A stretch of DNA of 59,683 nt, from IMG/VR virus record IMGVR_UViG_3300030106_002282, positions 1-59,683 of that record; one strand, written 5' to 3'. Below, one piece after another: positions 7,272 to 16,394 of this stretch; position 1 is the stretch's first letter, and each line of letters opens with the position of its first letter. A model generated the notes under the pieces. It made no database searches. It worked only from the letters and a program-made list of their open reading frames with translations, and was not told the origin of the DNA. This stretch comes from a virus. Lineage: Duplodnaviria > Caudoviricetes. A program made the translations under genes and the position numbers.

Positions 7272-7301
7272 TTGCAATTTGCTATCATTTGGTGATAGAG
7301 T
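7272..7301 (+). promoter_or_regulatory. Sigma70-like promoter reading into non-coding DNA
   Basis: TTGCAA(7272-7277)-18 nt-TAGAGT(7296-7301) with an extended TG. Confidence 0.55.
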
Positions 7302-7306
7302 GGTGA

Positions 7307-7400
7307 ATCTCTTAACAGAGACCTCCATATCTAAAAGTTAGATATTAAGAAGGGATAGTCTTTTAAGTTTCGATTTAGGATTATCCCTTCTACCAAACCC
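7307..7400 (+). ncRNA. Candidate small RNA with exposed anti-Shine-Dalgarno
   Basis: Hairpins 7308-7321, 7327-7345 and 7348-7391 (15 bp); AGACCTCCAT at 7319-7328 is complementary to the early RBSs. Confidence 0.5.
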
Positions 7401-7669
7401 ACTAGTTTTTTCGCCTAAGAATGATAGTCGATTATAGAAATATGATAGTCGATTGTCTGTACCAAAACCTACTGCTGTGTTATTACTCCCGAACACGAAG
7501 CTCCAAACCACCAATTTTTTGTCTAAAAGGCTCTGAAAGGTAATTCTCATCACCAGTGAATAATATTTTACAGATTCCGTTTGGAGCTGTGGAAATCAAC
7601 TAATCTGTGGTGTTGGTTTCACATGAAACATAGCTTTCAATGTGATAGCTTTTTGCTTATAATAATTAG

Positions 7670-7996
7670 ATGTTTGCAGTAGTAAGACACACTTATAAGA
7701 TAGATATCCCTGAACCAAACAATCCCAATTCAACTAAAAGCAAAGCTAATTGGGTACACTTGGTTTGGGTTTTTGAAAATGAAATAGATGCCATAACCTT
7801 TGCTATATCGTTGTTAGACGACCCTCTAATTAAAGCCAATGAATATATGTTGGACTCGGCTATCAATCAACTAGAAAAGGATAGGTATTATCAATTGGGT
7901 AGAGAGTCAGTAGCTATTGCGGAAGTACAGGAATCTCCTGTAATTATATATAAAGATTTAGAAGAGGTAATTGAAGATGAAGAATCTATTCATTAG
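7670..7996 (+). CDS. Hypothetical protein, probably leaderless
   Basis: 108-aa ORF; TATAAT 7658-7663 lies 6 nt before the ATG; no SD. Confidence 0.7.
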   Translation: MFAVVRHTYKIDIPEPNNPNSTKSKANWVHLVWVFENEIDAITFAISLLDDPLIKANEYMLDSAINQLEKDRYYQLGRESVAIAEVQESPVIIYKDLEEVIEDEESIH

Positions 7997-8228
7997 GTGT
8001 TCGCAAGAGACTTATGAACTTGCTCATGCACTTGCAAAGAAAGAAAGTCGTTCCCTAAACAAACAAATAATCCACATGATACACAACGAAGCCGATGTAA
8101 AGGGTGTTGAACTTGAAGAAGATACTGCTGAAGAAGAAGGTAAAATGATTTATTCTGGCAGTTTACCTGAACCTGCTAAAGGTTTGTCAAGGCTTGTTGA
8201 AACAAAGACACAGGACTTTCCTGATTAA
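7977..8228 (+). CDS. Arc/Mnt-like ribbon-helix-helix regulator
   Basis: KNLFIRCSQETYELAHALAKKESRSLNKQIIHMI matches the Arc-family beta-strand plus RSLN pattern. Confidence 0.75.
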   Translation: MKNLFIRCSQETYELAHALAKKESRSLNKQIIHMIHNEADVKGVELEEDTAEEEGKMIYSGSLPEPAKGLSRLVETKTQDFPD

Positions 8229-8715
8229 CATACCAAAAATCTAGCAAAGCGTTAGCACACTCAGAAGTAGTAGCTATCTGGGAAGCGTTTACTCGGTTGG
8301 GGTTATCCGACATGATTCTCCAAAAAACTTTTTCTTTTTCGCCACCGCAGACATCCTTAATCAATCTTTGAACTCCTATCAAGATACAGGCTTTTGGGAC
8401 AGGCTTGGTGTAATTACTTTCACCAGTGAATAATATTTTTTCTAACCCTGGTGCACTCGCAAAACATCCCGATTGGGAAATAATACCTAGATATTTGTTG
8501 CAGACGTTGTGTTGTTTTGCATCCAGATAATCTTCATGGAACATTACGTCTATGATGTGTTGGTCAAGGACAATGGCTCTGCCTAGTTTTGTTTCATCTA
8601 TTGACCGCACACAGACTTTGTGACGTTCATGCAGGTTTGGACTGCCGACATCGTTTAGATGCAGGGTTTCAGTCGAAATCCCAATCGTAGTCGTCTTGGA
8701 CTTCTTCGGCTTCAT
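8176..8715 (-). CDS. Hypothetical protein
   Basis: Long ORF overlapping the primase 3' end; start uncertain. Confidence 0.65.
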   Translation of the reverse strand: MKPKKSKTTTIGISTETLHLNDVGSPNLHERHKVCVRSIDETKLGRAIVLDQHIIDVMFHEDYLDAKQHNVCNKYLGIISQSGCFASAPGLEKILFTGESNYTKPVPKACILIGVQRLIKDVCGGEKEKVFWRIMSDNPNRVNASQIATTSECANALLDFWYVNQESPVSLFQQALTNL

Positions 8716-10429
8716 CGTACCTCCCATTTACAGGGTTGAAAGTAAGGTCTGTCGTACCACATTTAGCACTCCATCCCCACCTAGCTTTCCATACATTAAT
8801 ACTAACATTATCTTTTCCTCTGAAAACTGTCAATCCCATATCTGCTTTACTAAACCAAGCCATAGATTTAGCTATATCAACTCCTGTCACTAGCTGTTTT
8901 TTGCCTCTGTCCGCAGGTTTTGTTGGGTGTGAAACAAAGAAGCAACATACGTCATGTTGTTTGCAAAATAATTGTACTTTCGTGAGCATATCGCTAACCA
9001 TATCCGTTTCTAAACCTTTGTAGTCGGTCTGAATAAAGTTAAAAGGGTCTATGACTAGTATTCTTATGCCATATCTCATTACTGCACTTGCTCCCTTCTC
9101 TAATATGCTTTCAATCGTTGGCAATCCTCCATCTTGATAATCTTGAAATAGTATATGTTCAGTAATCCAATTTTCCGCAAAGTCTTTTTCCTCTTGAGTC
9201 ATGCGTTGATTCTGTCCTTCAAAGAAAGGTTTACCCACCAGACATTGTGCTATTTGCACACTATGAAGCGTTGGCGGTTTTTCAAACGAACAGAAACAAG
9301 TTTTCCATCCGTGAGTTTTGGCTACGTTTACTACTATTTGGTCTATAAATGCTGACTTTCCATCTCCTGGATAGCCTGTGACTACGTTTAAATAGCCTGT
9401 CTGTAAGGTAAATAATTCATCAACTGAAGCAATTCCTGTGCTAACTCCTCTAGGTTTACCCTGCTCATAAAGGTTTTGAAATTCATCTGAGTAATGGTCA
9501 ATACTATTTAGACCATGTAAAGGTACAGGTTCAGCGTTCAATACTTGTTCTCTGACTGTTTTTGCATCTGTTTCAGTCAATAATTCATTAGCATCTTTAC
9601 AACCTTTGTAATCTACTAAATAACATCTAGCTTTGTTGAGCCTACGAGACAACTCATCTGCTAGTATCTGCCCGTTTTCATCTGAATCTGTTGCTAAAAT
9701 TATCCTTTCTACGTCTCTAAATTTGTCTCTCTCTTCCCATACATACTTGAATCTGCCATCTTCACTAGGGTCTATCTTACTATCAGTAATTTTATTAGGT
9801 GCTCCATTAGGAACTGAGTAAACATCTATATTGGAATGTTCACGAAAAGCTTCTTTGATACTTAATTGGTCTATCTCGCCTTCAGTTATCACTATAGTTT
9901 TCTCTATTGTCGGCAAATTATCGTTGTGTATCTGCCTTCCCCACAGCTTAGTAGCGTTATTGTCCCACCAGAAATCCTTTTTCCCATTTGCGGTTCGCCA
10001 TTTGACTGCAATCGTGTTTCCAGAGTCCTGAAACGAAAAACCTATCACTGGTGAATTATTTTTTTCAGTCAATATACAACCGCAATTCTCTGCCGTTTCG
10101 ATACTAATTCCTCTGTTTTTTAACCATTCTGCTGATTTGCCGTCTGTATTATTTTTGGGTGTGGTAATAGTTTTGGGTTCTGGTTTTTTTACTACTGACA
10201 TTTGGACTCCTGTTGTTCTTGGTATTGCTCCGTTAATACCACAATGATGACAATGATATACGATAGTCTCAGCGTTTATATTTACTGATAATGGAGTATC
10301 GGTTCGGTGTTTTTTGCGGTCTTTTTGACATGATGGACAAGTTATTTTGTACTGACCATGCCCTAAATTATTTGTTTTTGGATTGATGCTGATGTGATTT
10401 TTTATTTCACTCTGCTCTTGACTTTGCAT
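8669..10429 (-). CDS. T7 gp4/Twinkle-like DNA primase-helicase
   Basis: Zn finger CPSC..CHHC, TOPRIM ITEGEID and DSDENG, Walker A GYPGDGKS, VIDPFN, HPTK. Confidence 0.92.
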   Translation of the reverse strand: MQSQEQSEIKNHISINPKTNNLGHGQYKITCPSCQKDRKKHRTDTPLSVNINAETIVYHCHHCGINGAIPRTTGVQMSVVKKPEPKTITTPKNNTDGKSAEWLKNRGISIETAENCGCILTEKNNSPVIGFSFQDSGNTIAVKWRTANGKKDFWWDNNATKLWGRQIHNDNLPTIEKTIVITEGEIDQLSIKEAFREHSNIDVYSVPNGAPNKITDSKIDPSEDGRFKYVWEERDKFRDVERIILATDSDENGQILADELSRRLNKARCYLVDYKGCKDANELLTETDAKTVREQVLNAEPVPLHGLNSIDHYSDEFQNLYEQGKPRGVSTGIASVDELFTLQTGYLNVVTGYPGDGKSAFIDQIVVNVAKTHGWKTCFCSFEKPPTLHSVQIAQCLVGKPFFEGQNQRMTQEEKDFAENWITEHILFQDYQDGGLPTIESILEKGASAVMRYGIRILVIDPFNFIQTDYKGLETDMVSDMLTKVQLFCKQHDVCCFFVSHPTKPADRGKKQLVTGVDIAKSMAWFSKADMGLTVFRGKDNVSINVWKARWGWSAKCGTTDLTFNPVNGRYDEAEEVQDDYDWDFD

Positions 10430-10448
10430 AAGACCTCCGTTTATGCTG

Positions 10449-10500
10449 TATATACTTACTACTTAGTAGATACTTATTATTAAAACTTAGTAAGTATATA
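10449..10500. repeat. 13-bp perfect inverted repeat in a TACT/AGTA-rich tract
   Basis: TATATACTTACTA 10449-10461 / TAGTAAGTATATA 10488-10500, just upstream of the primase-helicase. Confidence 0.7.
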
Positions 10501-10506
10501 TACCTA

Positions 10507-10770
10507 CTAAGCACTCTCTTTAATTAAACTTTTATCAATAATATTAGCAATTTGATTTACTAATTTTTTTCTTGATAGTAAAGGATAATCTAATAATTCT
10601 TTTATACTTTTTTTTAACTCTTTTGTGTTAAGATTGTTTCTGGCACAAAGGTTTTTAAAATCTTTAGAATTAAAGTAGGAAATAGCTTTATCACAAATAG
10701 TTTTTTCTTTACTTGCGATATCTCTTATTGCTTGTTTAAGAATTGCGTAATCTAACTCTTGACTCTCCAT
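10507..10770 (-). CDS. Hypothetical protein, probably leaderless
   Basis: AILKQAIRD motif; ATG at 10770 lies 6 nt past the minus-strand -10. Confidence 0.65.
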   Translation of the reverse strand: MESQELDYAILKQAIRDIASKEKTICDKAISYFNSKDFKNLCARNNLNTKELKKSIKELLDYPLLSRKKLVNQIANIIDKSLIKESA

Positions 10771-10776
10771 TCCTAA

Positions 10777-10820
10777 ATAGTAAATCATTACTTGCACATT
10801 TGCAAGACATCAAGTAAACT
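10777..10820. promoter_or_regulatory. Overlapping divergent sigma70 promoters
   Basis: + strand TTGCAC(10792-10797)-17-TAAACT(10815-10820); - strand TTGCAA(10805-10800)-17-TACTAT(10782-10777). Confidence 0.65.
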
Positions 10821-10885
10821 CATTATCAACATCATAAAAGTTGGAGCTTATATGTTTAATTTAAATTTAATAATGGAGAATAAAA

Positions 10886-11341
10886 ATGCCTAATTGGTGT
10901 ATGAATAGAGTTGTAATATCTGGCTCAGAAGAAGATATAAAAAAACTAAAAGAGCAAGTTTCCTCAGAAGATTCTGCTTTAGATTTTAACAAGATAGTAC
11001 CTAGTCCTGATTGGAAGAATATTCCTAATGAAAAAGGACAATTACCCAAACCTGAAGAGTTAAAAAATGGAAATGGAGAAGTAATAGCTATTACTCATAA
11101 CTTTCCTGATGGCACTAATGATACTCGTTCGTACGATTGGCAAATTAAAAATTGGGGTACTAAATGGAATGTTAGTAATGTGGATGTAGTAGCAGAAGAT
11201 TCAGACTCTATAGAGTTTGAGTTTGATACTGCATGGTCTCCACCTGAACCAATTATTTTAAAACTAAGAGAACTTTATCCTGATGTATCTATATCAGCTT
11301 TCTTTGATGAACCTGGTATGCAAATAGGAGGATATTACTAA
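10886..11341 (+). CDS. DUF1281/YubB ferredoxin-like domain protein
   Basis: MPNWC-N, NWGTKW, FDTAWSPP, DEPG motifs. Confidence 0.75.
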   Translation: MPNWCMNRVVISGSEEDIKKLKEQVSSEDSALDFNKIVPSPDWKNIPNEKGQLPKPEELKNGNGEVIAITHNFPDGTNDTRSYDWQIKNWGTKWNVSNVDVVAEDSDSIEFEFDTAWSPPEPIILKLRELYPDVSISAFFDEPGMQIGGYY

Positions 11342-11450
11342 TACAATTATAAAGTCCTACGCTGTTATAAGCACCTGCAGGACGCTGGTTGATGCGATAT
11401 GATGCTAAACAACACCTCAGCGTAGGCATATAATTAAAAAAGGAGCATAA

Positions 11451-11693
11451 ATGAAATTTGAAATTAAAGAAGGTGTACCTCTACCAATCGGTAGGGGAAA
11501 GCCTAGAAAATATGACATACCTTTAGAGACTATGAAAGTTGGCGACCATATCTTAATTGAAATGGCAAAAACAAAAATACCTCAAGAGGTAAAAATAATT
11601 AGGAACTTTGTTTTGAGATATAGGCACAAGAACCCTAATACTAAATTCACAGTAAGACAATTAGAAGAAGGAGTTGGAATATGGAGAATGTAA
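11451..11693 (+). CDS. Small putative DNA-binding protein
   Basis: GRGKPRKY..MKVGD ... GVGIWR pattern; AAGGAG RBS. Confidence 0.65.
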   Translation: MKFEIKEGVPLPIGRGKPRKYDIPLETMKVGDHILIEMAKTKIPQEVKIIRNFVLRYRHKNPNTKFTVRQLEEGVGIWRM

Positions 11694-11845
11694 AAAAAGA
11701 AAGAATATCAATACCGCCAAACAATGAGAAGCTTTGGAGATATCTAACAGAAGGATTATCAGGTAGAGCAAAAGCAAATACTTTGCCTTCTTATCCTAAA
11801 AGTGAAAGTGAAAGAAAAAAAATTCAGGAGGGGAAAGATGTTTAA
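11681..11845 (+). CDS. Small hypothetical protein (54 aa)
   Basis: AAGGAG RBS; open frame fills the gap between neighbours. Confidence 0.5.
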   Translation: MENVKKERISIPPNNEKLWRYLTEGLSGRAKANTLPSYPKSESERKKIQEGKDV

Positions 11846-12122
11846 ATATCTAATTATAGACACAGACGGAGAGGAAACTCACGTTGAGTCAAAAGAAAAA
11901 CCTGACCTCAAAGAAATGCAAGAGATGGTAGGAGGCTATATAGAGATTGTTAAGTGTAAATACAATGATGAATGGAAAACGATGATTCTTAACGAAGAAG
12001 GCAAGTTAAGAAATTTAGACTTAAACACGAAGGCTACCGAAATGTACTCTAATAATGGTATCGGAATACCTGATGTTATTGTTGGCACAGCAATTTTATT
12101 CAAGAACTTTGACTTAGATTAA
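11838..12122 (+). CDS. DUF3846-like protein
   Basis: LKEMQEMVGGYIE, NEEGK, N.KAT, IVG motifs. Confidence 0.75.
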   Translation: MFKYLIIDTDGEETHVESKEKPDLKEMQEMVGGYIEIVKCKYNDEWKTMILNEEGKLRNLDLNTKATEMYSNNGIGIPDVIVGTAILFKNFDLD

Positions 12123-13019
12123 GTGAAATATACCAACGTCAATAACATACCTAAAGAAGTTGTAAGAGCCTTGCATAATGATAGCTATACCAAAGGCGAA
12201 TCTACTATTTCTGTGACAGGTTTGTTGCAACCACCACAAATAAGAATACTTAGAGAGGAGCATGACGAGAACCTAGTTTTAGACGTTTCTGACGAGATTT
12301 GGAAGTTATTAGGGCAAAGTGTTCATTCCATACTAGAACGAGCCAATATGGACTCTACAGACACTATTACAGAGGAACGTATGTATGCCACAGTAAACGG
12401 ATGGACAGTTAGTGGACAGACCGATTCTATTGCTATCGATGAAAAGATTTTAAAAGACTACAAAGTGACTAGTAGTTGGACAGTTGTAAACGCTATGACC
12501 GAAGGCAAGAAAGAATGGGAACAACAGTTGAATTGTTATGATTGGTTATACCGCCAGAACTATCCAGAAAATACTATTCACCAGTTAAATATTATTACAA
12601 TCAACAGAGACTGGAGCAAAAATCAATATCAACGTAGTGGCGGGAACTATCCGTCTGCTCCTGTATCTGTAATCCAAATTCCTAAATGGAGTGATAAACA
12701 GCAAGAAAGGTTTATCCAAGAAAGAGTTTCAATCCACCAAAACGCTGAAGCTGATTATCTAGTCAGCAAGGAATTACCACCTTGTACTGAAGTGGAACAA
12801 TGGAGAAGAAAAGATACTTATCGAGTTATGAAAAAAGGTCGGAAGTCTGCCCTGCGTGTATTGGAGACACAGGAATTAGCCGATGAGTATATAGATGGAC
12901 ACGATGATAAGAATTTAACTATCGAGTTTCTGCAAGGAGAAGCGATACGTTGTAAGGATTATTGTGATGTGTCTGAATTTTGTAATCAATATCAACAGGA
13001 GAAACTTGATGTCAGATGA
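12123..13019 (+). CDS. PD-(D/E)XK (Cas4-like) exonuclease
   Basis: G..VH, EER, SGQTD, DYKVT, QLNCY, C-terminal C...RC..YC...C. Confidence 0.8.
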   Translation: MKYTNVNNIPKEVVRALHNDSYTKGESTISVTGLLQPPQIRILREEHDENLVLDVSDEIWKLLGQSVHSILERANMDSTDTITEERMYATVNGWTVSGQTDSIAIDEKILKDYKVTSSWTVVNAMTEGKKEWEQQLNCYDWLYRQNYPENTIHQLNIITINRDWSKNQYQRSGGNYPSAPVSVIQIPKWSDKQQERFIQERVSIHQNAEADYLVSKELPPCTEVEQWRRKDTYRVMKKGRKSALRVLETQELADEYIDGHDDKNLTIEFLQGEAIRCKDYCDVSEFCNQYQQEKLDVR

Positions 13020-13716
13020 ACTAACTTATGGGGAGGTTTGGGATAACCTTTCTAAAATGGATGTGTCAGAGTACACAGAAGAGAAGATGAAGCTTACTTA
13101 CTTATCTTGGAGCAGAATGTGGATGCTTTTAATGAGCCAATATCCACAAGCACAATATGAATTTGTAGAGTTTGACGGAGTACCTTTTAAGACCCTACCA
13201 GATGGTAGTACGGAAGTTGCTACCAAAATTACTATTGATAACCTAGTCAGAGAAATGCGGTTGCCTGTAATGGATTATAAGAATAATCCTGTAGTCAATC
13301 CTCACGCTAGACAGGTATCAGATAATGCGATGCGATGTTTGGTTAAAAACGTAGCTATGTTTGGTTTAGGCATTTCTGTTTTTGCAGGTATGTCGGATGA
13401 TACTTTGCCTGATGCCGAAAAAGACAAGCAACCAAAGGGCAAAAAAGAAGCAAAACCTAAAGCCGAGTTAGAGCCAGAAACTGTCATTGACAGAGCCACA
13501 GAACAAGACAAAGACGAAGCATGGGCGAAGGTCTTTGTTGAAGGCACAACAAAAGTGATACAAGCTTTCAAAACTAGAGAAGATGTAGTTGATATGTATA
13601 AAGCTAATAGCGAATCTATTGGCATACTCAAAGACAAGTTTCCAGACTACAAAAATTTACTAGATGCGAACATACAAAACCACGTTAATAAACTACCACC
13701 AAAGGAGGATGAATAA
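13009..13716 (+). CDS. DUF1071/Sak3-like single-strand annealing protein
   Basis: LTYLSW, LPVMDYKN, MRCLVK..AMFGLG motifs; adjacent to the exonuclease. Confidence 0.8.
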   Translation: MSDELTYGEVWDNLSKMDVSEYTEEKMKLTYLSWSRMWMLLMSQYPQAQYEFVEFDGVPFKTLPDGSTEVATKITIDNLVREMRLPVMDYKNNPVVNPHARQVSDNAMRCLVKNVAMFGLGISVFAGMSDDTLPDAEKDKQPKGKKEAKPKAELEPETVIDRATEQDKDEAWAKVFVEGTTKVIQAFKTREDVVDMYKANSESIGILKDKFPDYKNLLDANIQNHVNKLPPKEDE

Positions 13717-14018
13717 TGGAAGAACGTATGCAAAGTGATGGAGCAATCTACACTAATAACTATAAACAAAACGACAAACAACCTGATTGGACAGGTAAAG
13801 TTGCTTTGGACAAGGAACTACTAAAAGCTTTAGTAGAGAAGGTAAAGAATGGCGAAGAAGCAGAAATGCGAGTAGCTTTATGGGACAGAAGAAGTAAAAA
13901 TGGCAACGATTATAAGTATGCTCGTTTGGATATCCCACAACCACAAAAGAAAGTAGAACCTACTCAACCTGTAGTTGAAACTAAACCTGAAATTTCTGAT
14001 GATGATATCCCCTTTTAA
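13716..14018 (+). CDS. Single-stranded DNA-binding protein
   Basis: QPDWTGKV OB-like strand, ALW, acidic DDDIPF tail. Confidence 0.75.
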   Translation: MEERMQSDGAIYTNNYKQNDKQPDWTGKVALDKELLKALVEKVKNGEEAEMRVALWDRRSKNGNDYKYARLDIPQPQKKVEPTQPVVETKPEISDDDIPF

Positions 14019-14214
14019 AGACAAAAATCAAAAGTCGGACACTACTAAGTGTCCGCAAAGGGAGGGTTTAGAAAAAATACACAATCATATAGAGCATTGT
14101 ATAACTCACTTTGAGTCAGCAAATGACAACAATCAGGAGATACCTATACACAGTTATAAGATGGTGTTGTATGAACTCAGCGAAATGACAAAAAAACTAT
14201 TAGCTAGTGAATAA
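13975..14214 (+). CDS. Hypothetical protein
   Basis: ORF in operon context; start uncertain. Confidence 0.45.
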   Translation: MKLNLKFLMMISPFKDKNQKSDTTKCPQREGLEKIHNHIEHCITHFESANDNNQEIPIHSYKMVLYELSEMTKKLLASE

Positions 14215-14219
14215 TATTT

Positions 14220-14459
14220 TTGGAGGCACAGATGCAGTTTGAATTTGACGAAAATCAGTCATACGAAACTAATTTTAATAAATGGTTTTCTATGAATACT
14301 GAAGAAAAACTAGGACACAACGAAGAACCATACTCAACAAACATGGCTAAACAAGTGTTTAACGAAATGTACGGCAGTAAAAAGGTAAAATCTACTGAAC
14401 ATGATTTAGTTGAGAGATTAAAGAATGTGAAGCATGACATAAAGAAGGAAAAAACATAA
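14220..14459 (+). CDS. Hypothetical protein
   Basis: ORF in operon; likely start ATG ~14232 after GGAGG. Confidence 0.65.
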   Translation: MEAQMQFEFDENQSYETNFNKWFSMNTEEKLGHNEEPYSTNMAKQVFNEMYGSKKVKSTEHDLVERLKNVKHDIKKEKT

Positions 14460-14662
14460 TGGAAATACCTAAAATAAACCAAGAACTAAGCAATACTCTT
14501 TACCAATATATGAAGAAGGAACACTTAGACACGCACAATAAAATAACCGATGATGAATGGGAAGATTTTATTGATGAATATCAAGATTGTTTTGCCGAAC
14601 AATGTGGCGAACTTGCTCGTGTATTATTTACAGAGTTTTTAATTGATAAGGAGAAAGCATGA
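14459..14662 (+). CDS. Hypothetical acidic protein
   Basis: Translationally coupled ORF. Confidence 0.65.
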   Translation: MEIPKINQELSNTLYQYMKKEHLDTHNKITDDEWEDFIDEYQDCFAEQCGELARVLFTEFLIDKEKA

Positions 14663-14889
14663 CCATAACAGAAAAAGAATCAATCATTTGGGCTAGTGGA
14701 CATTACTTAACGGAACATTTACCAGAAGAATATGATGAATGGACAGATAAAGAACTTGACAGTCATTTATTAGAACTTGTTTGGCAACCTTTTGAATATC
14801 ATTCAGCAGAGCAAATTTGGGAATATATAGAAAATTTAGCTTATGATTTTAAAGAAACCATAAAACATAAATTAGAGGAGGAAGCATGA
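14659..14889 (+). CDS. Hypothetical acidic protein
   Basis: AAGGAG RBS, ATGA coupling. Confidence 0.7.
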   Translation: MTITEKESIIWASGHYLTEHLPEEYDEWTDKELDSHLLELVWQPFEYHSAEQIWEYIENLAYDFKETIKHKLEEEA

Positions 14890-15221
14890 TTGAAGTAGAA
14901 AACTGGATGCAAAAGATTAGGGAACTTGCAGTTTTGATAGAAAAGACTGAATACAATGCTCTCAAATCCGAAGCTGAAGTAAAGAAACTACAAGCCATAC
15001 TAAAAGTAAAAGCATTAGGCGAAGGCATTAAAACTTCATCTGCACAAGACACTTATGCTGAGTCTAAAGAAGAACTGTTTGAAGCTAGACTAAAGATAGC
15101 ACGTTTTAAAAGTGGTCTAAGTGCCTTAAAGGTGCAATTGAAGGCTTTAGAAGTTGGCTTTGAACAATGGCGAACAGAACAAGTATCAGCAAGGAAAGAA
15201 CAAGCTAGATATGGAGCATGA
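14886..15221 (+). CDS. Coiled-coil hypothetical protein
   Basis: GGAGG RBS; helical; WRT..S motif near the C-terminus. Confidence 0.7.
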   Translation: MIEVENWMQKIRELAVLIEKTEYNALKSEAEVKKLQAILKVKALGEGIKTSSAQDTYAESKEELFEARLKIARFKSGLSALKVQLKALEVGFEQWRTEQVSARKEQARYGA

Positions 15222-15520
15222 AAGGTAGAACTCCTACCAAGAAAGAACTTGCTCACATGAACAAGGTTAGAGAGTTGGGATGTATTGTCTGTCGTAATAA
15301 TGGCTATCTCTTCTCTCCTGCCGAAATACACCACATCGAAGGTAAAACCAAAGAAGAAGCACACTTCAAAGTGCTACCGCTTTGCTTTGCCCATCATCGC
15401 AGAGGGGGTAAAGAACAACCAATCAGCAGACATCCGTATAAAAAAAGGTTTGAAAAGGCTTATGGCACGGAAGCAGAGTTGTTAAAACAAGTAGAAGATT
15501 TATTACAGAGATTTATTTAG
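15218..15520 (+). CDS. Ref/DUF968-like HNH nuclease
   Basis: GCIVC, AEIHH, VLPLC..HH motifs. Confidence 0.75.
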   Translation: MKGRTPTKKELAHMNKVRELGCIVCRNNGYLFSPAEIHHIEGKTKEEAHFKVLPLCFAHHRRGGKEQPISRHPYKKRFEKAYGTEAELLKQVEDLLQRFI

Positions 15521-15526
15521 TAAACG

Positions 15527-16084
15527 ATGATTGCTTTTCCAAATAAGAAATACAATATTATTTATGCAGACCCGCCCTGGAAATATAAAGAAAGTTGGGG
15601 TAATGGTAGTAATGAACATACTTATCCCACAATGACTAACGATGATATAAAAAATATGCCTGTAAAAGACATCGCAGAAGATAAAGCACATCTATATTTA
15701 TGGGTGACTAATCCATTTATAAAAGAAGGTTTAGAAGCGTGTGAGTCATGGGGATTTGAATATAAAACTTTATTGACATGGATAAAGACCTATAAAGATG
15801 GAACACCTGAAATGGGTATGGGTTATTACTTTAGAGGTTGCACTGAACATATCATTTTTGGTGTGAAAGGCAAAATGAAATGTATCAACAAAACTACTAA
15901 AAATATGTTTATGGAAGTCAATCCTAGATTGCATAGCCAAAAACCAAGTAGCACTAGAGATTTAATAGTTAGTTCAAGTGGCGATTTACCTCGAATAGAA
16001 TTGTTTGCTAGACCTAATTATGATTTGTTAAGTGAACAAGAATTTGATGGTTGGGATGTTTGGGGGAATGAGGTCAATAATTAA
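15527..16084 (+). CDS. MT-A70 family adenine methyltransferase
   Basis: IYADPPW, LYLWVT, WGFEY, HSQKP, RIELFAR, WGNE. Confidence 0.9.
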   Translation: MIAFPNKKYNIIYADPPWKYKESWGNGSNEHTYPTMTNDDIKNMPVKDIAEDKAHLYLWVTNPFIKEGLEACESWGFEYKTLLTWIKTYKDGTPEMGMGYYFRGCTEHIIFGVKGKMKCINKTTKNMFMEVNPRLHSQKPSSTRDLIVSSSGDLPRIELFARPNYDLLSEQEFDGWDVWGNEVNN

Positions 16085-16394
16085 TTTATAAAAAAGGAGA
16101 AGAAGATGAAAACTAAAATTAAATATGCAGGAAAACTTACTGCCAAAACTTTAAAAGATTTAAATAGAAACCTAAACAGGAGAAAAAAATGAAAGATTAT
16201 AAGAATTACATAATTATTGGTTTGCTGTTATTTATTATAGTTTGCTTTTGTTATGTGGCATATAGTGTCGAAATTGTTTTAATATGATTTACCATTTTGA
16301 CCTACTGCTGTATTTTACTAACCTCTGGTTTTTGCCAGGCTGCGAAATAATATTCACCAGTGACTGTAAAATCAATCTATCAGAGCCATGAAAA

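Noticed and set aside
7338-7553. 71-aa minus-strand ORF
   Set aside because: No RBS; antisense to the candidate sRNA and repeats; no recognisable protein features
11370-11415. SAM-II/SAM-V riboswitch (GCTAAA motif)
   Set aside because: Required P1 stem and conserved U-rich loop not found
12123-13019. Cas4 as evidence of a CRISPR system
   Set aside because: No array or other cas genes; sits with Sak3-like and SSB genes as a recombination exonuclease
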